The notes under the pieces are model-generated. The model was given only the letters and a program-made list of their open reading frames with translations. It was not told where the DNA came from and did no database searches. This document shows positions 17,969-25,957 of a stretch of 64,000 nt of DNA, piece by piece. This DNA comes from Vulcanimicrobiota bacterium (GTDB lineage: Bacteria > Vulcanimicrobiota > Xenobia > Xenobiales > JADMJV01): positions 686,934-750,933 of the forward strand of contig JBFWNU010000004.1 of assembly GCA_050250895.1 (NCBI GenBank), in the 5' to 3' direction. Position 1 is the stretch's first letter. Each line of letters opens with the position of its first letter. The position numbers were made by a program, and so were the translations under genes.

Positions 17969-19093
17969 ATGCACAATGCCAGTGTTCTGAACCCGTGGGT
18001 GGATCTGCCGGTTTCAAGCCCGTACGAACTCGTGGGCGACCGACAGATGGTCAAGAAGCACAACGAAAGCGCCGGTGAGCAGTATCAGCTCGAGACGACC
18101 ATTCCTCCCCAACCCTTTCTGGGTGACCCTTTCCGGGCCAGCCTGATCCTGCTGTCGCGGGCCCCTGGATTCGACGAGCAAGACGATGTTCTCTATAGCT
18201 GGGGTGTGGTGGCCCAGGCGCTGCGGGCCAACCTGCTGCACCAGCCCAGCGCGCTGCGTCCGTTCTATGTGCTCGATCCCAACCTGGCCGGCTCGAGCAC
18301 CCAGAAACGATGGTTGCGCCAGCTTCGGCCTCTGATCCGGGCCCTGAAGAAGAGTGGTGTCGAGAACCCCGTCGACCTGATCTCGCGCCAGGTGGCCGTG
18401 ATCGAGTGGTTTCCTTATCGGGCCCGTCGTTTCAAGATGCCCCCGGCGGCCAGCGAAGGCCAACTCTACAGCTGGGTGCTGGCCCGCCGAGCCCTGGAAG
18501 ACCCCTACCAGATCGTGATTGTGCTGGGAGCCAAGAAGCAGTGGGAGCAATCCATCGGCGAGCTAGGTGTGCCGACGCTCTCGAGCCGGGAGCCGGTGCT
18601 CGGGCCCAAGCAACTGGGAGAGGTGCGCTTCGATTCGATCGTGGGCCACCTGATTCGAGCCGAGCAAGCCTTGCTCAACACCGTGGCCGACCGCCTGGCA
18701 TGGACCAAGACGCAGCCGATCGAAGAGGGCTTTCTTCGCTATCCCAGCCGAATCGAGGGCGTCACCTATGGCATTGGCTTCTGCGGTCGCAGCGAGCCCA
18801 AGCGCGCCCTGGTCGAGCTTCACATGAGTCGCGATGTCGAGCTGTTCGACTGGCTCAAAGCCCGCGTCTCGCAACGCCTGCTCAACGGCGTCAAGCTCTC
18901 GTGGGAGCGAATGGACGACCGTCCCGACGCCGGTCGTCGCAACTGTCGAGTGGCCATGTATCGCAGCATCGACTTCACCGAGACCCAGCGGGTGGTCGAG
19001 GCGCTCGTTTCCGACGCCATCGCCCTGCGCGGCCTGCTCGGTCCTCACCTGCGCCGCCACGAAAGCGCCGTCGAACCTTCGCGCATGGTCTGA
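17969..19093 (+). CDS. Putative uracil-DNA-glycosylase-fold protein fused to a DUF4268-like C-terminal domain
   Basis: PQPFLGDP..A.LILL..APG and IEWFPY motifs. C-terminal LFDWLK...LSWERMDDR...CRV. Confidence 0.6.
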   Translation: MHNASVLNPWVDLPVSSPYELVGDRQMVKKHNESAGEQYQLETTIPPQPFLGDPFRASLILLSRAPGFDEQDDVLYSWGVVAQALRANLLHQPSALRPFYVLDPNLAGSSTQKRWLRQLRPLIRALKKSGVENPVDLISRQVAVIEWFPYRARRFKMPPAASEGQLYSWVLARRALEDPYQIVIVLGAKKQWEQSIGELGVPTLSSREPVLGPKQLGEVRFDSIVGHLIRAEQALLNTVADRLAWTKTQPIEEGFLRYPSRIEGVTYGIGFCGRSEPKRALVELHMSRDVELFDWLKARVSQRLLNGVKLSWERMDDRPDAGRRNCRVAMYRSIDFTETQRVVEALVSDAIALRGLLGPHLRRHESAVEPSRMV

Positions 19094-19112
19094 GGTGGGC
19101 GCTGGATGGTGA

Positions 19113-19683
19113 AAACCGCCGGCGCTAAGACGCAGAGCGGTGGCGGAGGTGGCTGGATAGGAAAACCGCGGAGGGGTGGGCGTTGCCGCGAGGCCGTGCG
19201 CTCTGATGTTCGGGGCTGGTCCTGGAGCATAGCGAACAGGTCTTCCCGGATCCATCCATCCTCAAGCGTGGAGTAAAGATTGGAGGAATGTTGAAGTTGA
19301 AGCGCGTCTGTCGTGGTCGTGGCGCGTGGTCGAAGCACAGGTCGGTGGGCTCGGCAGTGGGGCGCCTGAGAAGTAAACCGCGGAGATCAGGAGGGCACGG
19401 AGAGGGTTGTGGGTGCCATGGGGTGAGCGTCCTGGCGAATTTATGGGTTAGTGTTTTGTCACATCGAACGGGTGCTCAAAACGGCGGTGGCTCAGTTGCT
19501 CGGTGGCTGCCCGATCGTAGGCGGTGCCTGAAGCGGTCAGACGCGCCTTGCCACAGGGGCGTCTCGACACCGGGAATGCTACTCTTAATCCCTGACAGAC
19601 CCTAATCCTAATCCAATAAATCCGCTGAGCAACCACCCTCTCAGCCACACTGCCCCCTCTGCGCCTCGGCGCCTTTGCGGTTT
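19113..19683. repeat. Intergenic region with several AACCGC..GCGCAGAG-type short repeats in inverted orientation and an IS-like end
   Basis: Copies at 19113-19137 (+), 19375-19404 (+), 19657-19683 (-). A further copy lies at 22106-22133 (-). Confidence 0.55.
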
Positions 19684-19764
19684 GCCCATGAGCACACCCC
19701 GACCACCAACGGCCACCGAGACAGAGGCGCCCACCTCCTCCGCGGCCCCCGCGTATCTCCGCCG

Positions 19765-20385
19765 TTACCCTCCGTGCTTGAAATTGGCCAGTCCCGTGCT
19801 GGCCGCCAGCCAGGCGCCAACAGCAGCCACCACCTGGCTATCTCTAGCCAGGCAAAAGCGGGTAGAGAGGGCGTTGATCGATTCGCCGGGGTTTACCAGA
19901 TAGACCTGACTGCTTCCAGTGCTGCTGCCTCGAAACAGCTGCAGACTGGCCCGCGAGAAGTCTTGCTCGTGCACTCCCCAGGGCGATTTGCGATATTGGG
20001 TCAGTCGGCCCGGAGCCAACTCCCAACGCAACTCGGTGACTAGCTCGCGGACGGCCAGGCCCCATAGCAGCAAGCTAATCAGCAAGAAGAGAAAAGTGAC
20101 CAGGGCCGGGCTGACGAAAAAGCCGGCTCCGGCAGCGGTGCCCCCGATCATGAAAAGCACCGCCGACATGAAGGCGTGCGAACGGGGCTGGGTCAGAACC
20201 AAGCGACCATCCCGCCGCTCGAACGTATAATGACGCGTCAACTCCTCGGGCGGCTCTAACTCGGCCACCTCCTGGCCCCCCTCGACTACCGGCGCGGCCG
20301 TATGCAAGTCTGCCGAGCACTGATAACAATTCTGGTCAGATTGACGATTCTGACTGCCGCAACCCGGGCAACGCAAATATCTCAT
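19765..20385 (-). CDS. Zinc-ribbon membrane protein
   Basis: Start re-assigned to MRYLRCPGCG...CYQC. Two TM segments. The upstream extension in the ORF track is repeat-derived. Confidence 0.8.
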   Translation of the reverse strand: MRYLRCPGCGSQNRQSDQNCYQCSADLHTAAPVVEGGQEVAELEPPEELTRHYTFERRDGRLVLTQPRSHAFMSAVLFMIGGTAAGAGFFVSPALVTFLFLLISLLLWGLAVRELVTELRWELAPGRLTQYRKSPWGVHEQDFSRASLQLFRGSSTGSSQVYLVNPGESINALSTRFCLARDSQVVAAVGAWLAASTGLANFKHGG

Positions 20386-20454
20386 ATAGGAAAATTCCAG
20401 CCGGCAAGTCAAAACTCCTGGGCAACGATGGCGCGCTCGGTGGTCCCGGCCCGG

Positions 20455-22112
20455 CCGCCTTCGGCGGGGCGGGGCGAACCCAGACTTCCAGCTGGAGGAC
20501 CGGCCCACGGGGCAGCGGCCTGGCCAGCTCCGCACGGAACACGAGCGGTCGCGAGCGCCCGGTAGCCGGGGCGAGGGGAGCACGGCCGCCTTCGGCGGGG
20601 CGGGGCGAACCCAGACTTCCAGCTGGAAGACCGGCCCGCGGGGCGGCGACCTGGTCACTTCCGCACGGAAGACGAGCGGTCGCGAGCGCCCGGCAGCCCG
20701 GGCCGGAGACGACCGCCTCGGGGGGGGCGGGGCGAACCCAGACTTCCAGTTGGAAGACCGGCCCGCGGGGCGGCGACCCGGCCAGCTCCGCACGGAACAC
20801 GAGCGGTCGCGAGCGCCCGGCAGCCGGGGCGAGGGGAGCACGACCGCCTTCGACGGGGCGATTCAACCCCCCAGACTTCCAGCTGGAAGACCGGCCCACG
20901 GGGCAGCGGCCTGGCCAACTCATCTGGCCACTTCCGCACGGAAGACGAGCGGTCGCGAGCCGAATCGCCCGGCCGCCCGGGCCGGAGCACGACCGCCTTC
21001 GACGGGGCGATTCAACCCCAGACTTCCAGCTGGAAGACCGGCCCACGGGGCAGCGACCTGGCCAACTCACGTGCCACTTCCGCACGGAAGACGAGCGGTC
21101 GCGAGCCGAATCGCCCGGCCGCCCTGGCCGGAGCACGACCGCCTCGGCGGGGTGGGGCGAACCCAGACCTCCAGCTGGAAGACCGGCCCACAGGGCAGCG
21201 ACCTGGCCAGCTCATCTGGCCACTTCCGCACGGAAGACGAGCGGTCGCGAGCGCCCGGCAGCCCGGGCCGGAGCACGTCCGCCTCGGCGGGGTGGGGCAA
21301 CCCAGACTTCCAGCTGGAAGACCGGCCCCCGGCGCGGCGATCTGGCCAGCTCACCTGGCCACTTCCGCACGGAAGACGAGCGGTCGCGAGCGCCCCGCAG
21401 CCCGGGCCGGAGCACGACCGCCTCGGCGGGGTGGGGCGAACCCAGACTTCCAGTTGGAAGACCGGCCCGCGGGGCGGCGATCTGGCCACTTCCGCACGGA
21501 AGACGAGCGGTCGCGAGCGCCCGGCAGCCCGGGCCGAGGGGAGCACGACCGCCTCGGCGGGGTGGGGCGAACCCAGACTTCCAGTTGGAAGACCGGCCCG
21601 CGGGGCGGCGACCCGGCCAGCTCCGCACGGAACACGAGCGGTCGCGAGCGCCCGGCAGCCGGGGCGAGGGGAGCACGACCGCCTTCGACGGGGCGATTCA
21701 ACCCCCCAGACTTCCAGCTGGAAGACCGGCCCACGGGGCAGCGGCCTGGCCAACTCATCTGGCCACTTCCGCACGGAAGACGAGCGGTCGCGAGCGCCCG
21801 GTAGCCGGGGCGAGGGGAGCACGGCCGCCTTCGGCGGGGTGGGGCAACCCAGACTTCCAGCTGGAAGACCGGCCCCCGGCGCGGCGATCTGGCCAGCTCA
21901 CCTGGCCACTTCCGCACGGAAGACGAGCGGTCGCGAGCGCCCCGCAGCCCGGGCCGGAGCACGACCGCCTCGGCGGGGCGGGGCGAACCCAGACTTCCAG
22001 CTGGAAGACCGGCCCGCGGGGCAGCGTGGCCACCTCACCTGGCCACTTCCGCACGGACGACGAGCGGTCGCGAGCGCCCGGCCGCCTGGGCCGGAGCACG
22101 TCCGCCTCGGCG
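20455..22112. repeat. Tandem mosaic repeat array, 12 units of ~127-147 bp (BIME/REP-like), non-coding
   Basis: CCCAGACTTCCAGCTGGAAGACCGGCCC core at ~20479, 20610, 20737, 20870, 21017, 21162, 21301, 21441, 21572, 21705, 21848, 21988. Each is followed by an (A)CTTCCGCACGGAAGACGAGCGGTCGCGAGC-type core. Confidence 0.95.
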
Positions 22113-22205
22113 CCTCGGCGCCCTTTGCGGTTAGCCCATCGAGCTCAAACCGACCGGCTACGACAAGCGATCCAGAGGCGCTCACCCCCAGCGCACCGGA
22201 TTGCC

Positions 22206-23171
22206 TCAGGTGAACTTCGAGAGGTAGTTGTAGCCGAAGTGACTGCCCGTGTCGTCGATGACGGTCATGTTGGGGTTGTCGGTGAAGATATCGTGGGTGA
22301 GAAACTCTTTGCCCAGCAGCTTGCGCGGCTCGAGGCCAAGTTGGGGGGCGGTTCGCGACAGCGACTTCCAGACCAGTTCGGCGCAGCCGAAGCCGTCGTC
22401 GCTGCCCTCGCCGCGCAGTTTGTACATCAGGTCGAAGCCTTTGCCCACATGAGTGCGGGCCTCGGCCACGGCGGCCTGAGCTTGCTCCTGGTCGCGATAG
22501 GCCGGGCGTAAAATCTTGACGTGCTCGTTCTCGCCCATCACTATGGCGGCGGGGCGCTCGATCACGCCACATTCAATCAGGCTGTCCACGGCCTGACCGT
22601 CACCGGCATAGAGGCCGACATGGACCCAGGAAGGGTTCGAGCCGGTCAGGCCGCCCATCACCTCGAGGTCGAGCCAGGTGTCCGAGTTGGTCACGATGAC
22701 ATCACCCGGTTCCATCTTGTCGAGCATCTGCTGCACACGCTCGGCGCTGGGGCGGGGGTGCGAAGTGTAACTGGGATCCCAGAGCTTCTTGGGCAGCGAG
22801 CCGAGGGTGAAGCCTTTCGTCTCGTCCTGCATTCGGGGCGAGAAGACATCGAGGCCGAGGCCGTCCATGGCCGCGCCCAGGCCGGTGCCGACCACCCCTC
22901 CGACCATTCCCCCCACCATCCGGCCAACCGGGAAAACGCCCTCGAAACGGCGGCTCTTGAACTCGACATAGACCCCGGTGGCAAAGCCCGCCACCGCGCC
23001 CGCCACTTTGGCTGCCGGCCCAAAACTGTCGCACAGTTCGGCTCCGAGCTTGGCCGTCACGAAGGGTACGGCCAGACGTGTGACCAGCGAACCGGTAGCT
23101 GCACCAAGACTGCCCATCGCCTTGCGATTGACGTGGCGGGCCGGAGAAGAGGCCTGATTCTGGATTCTCAT
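22206..23171 (-). CDS. Permuted papain-like amidase (YiiX/YebB, NlpC/P60 superfamily) with N-terminal glycine-zipper extension
   Basis: PGDVIV, WVHVGLY.G, ILRP, H.GK.FD, CAELVW. Start re-assigned to MRIQNQ. Confidence 0.85.
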   Translation of the reverse strand: MRIQNQASSPARHVNRKAMGSLGAATGSLVTRLAVPFVTAKLGAELCDSFGPAAKVAGAVAGFATGVYVEFKSRRFEGVFPVGRMVGGMVGGVVGTGLGAAMDGLGLDVFSPRMQDETKGFTLGSLPKKLWDPSYTSHPRPSAERVQQMLDKMEPGDVIVTNSDTWLDLEVMGGLTGSNPSWVHVGLYAGDGQAVDSLIECGVIERPAAIVMGENEHVKILRPAYRDQEQAQAAVAEARTHVGKGFDLMYKLRGEGSDDGFGCAELVWKSLSRTAPQLGLEPRKLLGKEFLTHDIFTDNPNMTVIDDTGSHFGYNYLSKFT

Positions 23172-23178
23172 GAGATCC

Positions 23179-23210
23179 AGTTTAGGGGTCGCGACTGAAA
23201 AGTATCTGAA
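23179..23210 (-). promoter_or_regulatory. Direct-repeat promoter TTCAG-n6-TTCAG-N10-TAAACT-N7-ATG (leaderless)
   Basis: Perfect 11-bp-period repeat inside the 3' end of the upstream gene. Confidence 0.7.
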
Positions 23211-24327
23211 CGGCCGAGGCCAGCCGTTGATAGTCGTCGAGAGTGTTGTAGGCAAAGGCTGAAAGGCGCAAGATGCCGGTGGGCCCGAAGGGACTGGCGT
23301 AGCTATCGAGGGCGAACTCGTCGTAGAGATGGCGATAGAGATCTCGATAGGGTCGGGGCAGGGGGATGGCTGCCAGGGTTCCCAGCATGGAATCGGGAGC
23401 CGGGGCCGGCTGCCCGAAGACCTCGAGGAGGAGGTCGCGGCCGGCCAGCACCAGTTGATGGCAGTCACGGCGCAGGTTGGTCCAGCCGAACTCGCTCTCG
23501 AGCAGGGTCAGCGAACGAGGGGCGGCCAGCCAGGCGGTCGGGTCGAAGGTTCCGGGCCAATCAAAGTTCTCGAGAAAGGGAGAGCGTTGGCGAGGGGAGT
23601 TGAAACCGTGGCTGATCACCGGGGGGACCAGCCCGGGTTGACCTTCGGGATGGACCCAGAGCACCGCCGCTCCTTTGGGGGCACAACACCATTTGTGGAG
23701 GTTGCCGGTGTAATAGCTCACTCCGGCTTGACCGAGGGCCTCCAGGTCGAGTTCGAGCATGCCCGGCGCATGGGCCCCATCGACCAGCACGGCCACCTTG
23801 CGCGCGGCCAGTTCGCGAGCCAGCGCCTCGATGGGAAAGACCAGACCGGTGGGGCTGGTGACGTGGTCGAGCATGACCAGGCGGGTGCGCGGGGTGAGCG
23901 AGCCGAGCACCGCCTCGATGACCTGCTCGGGCCCCTTGCAGGGGAAGGGAATGCGAGCCACCGAGAGTTTGAGACGGTAGCGCTGGGCCAGGTAGCAGGC
24001 CACATTGTTGCAGGCGTTATAGCCGTGATTGGTGATGACCAATTCATCGTCGGGCCGCCAATCTAGCGAACGCAAGACGGCATTGACCCCGCTGGTGGCG
24101 TTGGTGACGAAGGCTAGATTGTGGGGTTGCGAGCCGAGAAAGTGGGCCACCTCGAGGCGAGCCGACTCGAGCAGCTCGGGCAACTGGCGCAGCATGAAAT
24201 CGGCCGGACTGGCTTCAAGCCGGCCACGCAGTTCGGCCTGATAGTCGAGAACGGCGGTGGGGCAGGCTCCGAAAGAACCATGATTGAGAAACGTCAGAGC
24301 GGGGTCGAGCGACCACAGTGAACCCAT
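23182..24327 (-). CDS. PLP-dependent class V aminotransferase (isopenicillin-N epimerase / EgtE-like C-S lyase)
   Basis: FLNHGSFGACP, NATSG, DHVTSPTG, VDGAHAPG, GNLHKW. Confidence 0.92.
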   Translation of the reverse strand: MGSLWSLDPALTFLNHGSFGACPTAVLDYQAELRGRLEASPADFMLRQLPELLESARLEVAHFLGSQPHNLAFVTNATSGVNAVLRSLDWRPDDELVITNHGYNACNNVACYLAQRYRLKLSVARIPFPCKGPEQVIEAVLGSLTPRTRLVMLDHVTSPTGLVFPIEALARELAARKVAVLVDGAHAPGMLELDLEALGQAGVSYYTGNLHKWCCAPKGAAVLWVHPEGQPGLVPPVISHGFNSPRQRSPFLENFDWPGTFDPTAWLAAPRSLTLLESEFGWTNLRRDCHQLVLAGRDLLLEVFGQPAPAPDSMLGTLAAIPLPRPYRDLYRHLYDEFALDSYASPFGPTGILRLSAFAYNTLDDYQRLASAVQILFSRDP

Positions 24328-24421
24328 CGTGGTCCATTCTGGCGACCATCGACTTCCCCTCTCCAGCAAAACAGAAGGAGGATGAATTCACTCTGAGGAA
24401 ACCAGTGGATGGAGGTTGATG

Positions 24422-24796
24422 ATGAGAGAAACCGTGGGCTCGCTCAAAGCGTATTTCATTCTGGTCGGCGTTCTAGGCGGACTGGGTAGCCTGGTCAGGC
24501 TCGGGACTGCCGTCGAGGTCGGCAACCTCAACGGCGGCGGCATCCTCGTGTTTCTGATGGCAATGGCCGTCATCCAGGGGGTGCTCGCCCTGGGCTATCT
24601 CTACATGGGCTTCCAGCTCCCCACTCTGCTCAGCCAGAAACCCCACCTTCCCATGCGTATCGCAGGAGCGGCCATCATCCTGTCTGCCCTGACCTTCAAC
24701 ATCATCGGCGTGTTGCTCAACGTCTACATCTGGTATCAGCTCAAACGGCTCGCCACCGAGTCCGACGGCCAGGTCGAGCAGCAGGTGTTGCGATAG
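24422..24796 (+). CDS. Small integral membrane protein
   Basis: RBS GGAGG. 3-4 hydrophobic segments. Confidence 0.8.
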   Translation: MRETVGSLKAYFILVGVLGGLGSLVRLGTAVEVGNLNGGGILVFLMAMAVIQGVLALGYLYMGFQLPTLLSQKPHLPMRIAGAAIILSALTFNIIGVLLNVYIWYQLKRLATESDGQVEQQVLR

Positions 24797-25947
24797 AGCT
24801 TGAGGACCTTCTAGACGAGGCCCGGGGGGCGGGCCGAATCGACTCGTCGGGCAGTTTCACCGTCGACCTGCAGGCGGCGATTTCCAAGCTCCGCTCATAC
24901 CAGGTCGAGAACCCTTATCACTACGTCAACCGCCTGATTCGCACCGCCTATCTCGTCGGCAGCCCCTGCGTGGATGTGGCCAGCAAAGCCGCCCGCACCC
25001 GCGTTCACTTTCCTCTGGCCGCCATCGACCCGGCGCAGCTAGAACAACTGCTCGAGCAAATGTTCCAGGCTCAGAATCCCGCCGCCAAAGCTCTGGCCGA
25101 CGCCACCAATCTAGCCCTCGGGCTTGAGGATGAACGGGTGGAACTGAGCCTCGACAATGGCGAACGAGCTCGCTTGATGGTGGTCGACCACGGTCAGGTC
25201 GAGGTTTACGAGATCCGTCCCGAAGGTATGGGCACCACCTTCCAGTTGCGACGCTCGACGGGCTCCAAGCTAGCGACTCTGGCCACCAACTCGCCTGAGT
25301 ATATAGCCGTGGTGCGCCGCTTTCGCTATAGTCCGCTCGCGATCAGCATCAATGGTCAGAGTCCGCCTCGGGAAGTGGGTTGGGGGGCACCCCCCAAGAA
25401 AAACGGGCCCAAGTTTTTCGTGCGAGCCGGCTTCTTCAAGTCCCACCGCCTTTGCGTTGAGCATCATGCGGTCGAGGTGCGATACTACAGCGAAGACGAG
25501 GCCGGCAACGGGCTCGGACTACTGCCTTCTACGGCCACGGGGCTGGCCCGGCTCGGTCCTCAGTCGAGCGGCGAGCTCGATCGCTGTCAACTTGCCATTG
25601 GTCTGGCCATCGACCCGGCCCAACCTTCTACCATCGCCTGGGTCTATTGTGGCGAGACCCTTCAGACCTTTCCGGTGGAGCTGCCGGCTCCAGGACTGCA
25701 ACTATTGGTGTCGGCCAGCGATCTCAATCTGGATCTGACCGGAGAGAAGCTGGTGCAAGACGAGACCTTTCGAGACCGATGGGACTTCGCCAAGACCAGG
25801 GCTCGCGAACTGGTCGAGGCTCTGCGACGAGCCTATCCCGATACACGCGAGCGCAACCTGGCCAGGCAAGCGTTTCTTGACGAACAAGTGCGTTGGCGCC
25901 CTTTCCTCGAGGCCGACTTCCAGAGTTTTTTAAGCGACTCCGGCTAG
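24793..25947 (+). CDS. Hypothetical protein with degenerate GHKL-like domain (paralog of 9068..10228); probable ATA start
   Basis: Frame is open upstream of GTG 24970, giving IELEDLLDEARGAG.IDS.G.FTVD...KL..YQ...PYHY, which aligns with the paralog's N-terminus. Confidence 0.75.
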   Translation: MELEDLLDEARGAGRIDSSGSFTVDLQAAISKLRSYQVENPYHYVNRLIRTAYLVGSPCVDVASKAARTRVHFPLAAIDPAQLEQLLEQMFQAQNPAAKALADATNLALGLEDERVELSLDNGERARLMVVDHGQVEVYEIRPEGMGTTFQLRRSTGSKLATLATNSPEYIAVVRRFRYSPLAISINGQSPPREVGWGAPPKKNGPKFFVRAGFFKSHRLCVEHHAVEVRYYSEDEAGNGLGLLPSTATGLARLGPQSSGELDRCQLAIGLAIDPAQPSTIAWVYCGETLQTFPVELPAPGLQLLVSASDLNLDLTGEKLVQDETFRDRWDFAKTRARELVEALRRAYPDTRERNLARQAFLDEQVRWRPFLEADFQSFLSDSG

Positions 25948-25950
25948 TCT
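25919..25950 (+). promoter_or_regulatory. Direct-repeat promoter TCCAG-n6-TTAAG-N10-TAGTCT-N7-ATG (leaderless)
   Basis: Read directly; shared geometry. Confidence 0.65.
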
Positions 25951-25957
25951 CTTCCCT

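Noticed and set aside
19045-19648. Small ORFs in the 19.1-19.7 kb gap as a transposase remnant
   Set aside because: No DDE, HUH or HTH motif is recognisable in any frame; only the short end-like sequence is supported.
20455-22112. CRISPR array
   Set aside because: Inter-repeat segments are reused variants rather than unique spacers, units are ~130-145 bp, and no cas genes or AT-rich leader are present.
20336-22572. Long ORFs on both strands across the repeat array (e.g. 20750..22213, 487 aa)
   Set aside because: They arise from stop-poor GC-rich repeats. The translation rotates through all three frames of the unit, so there is no conserved peptide repeat.
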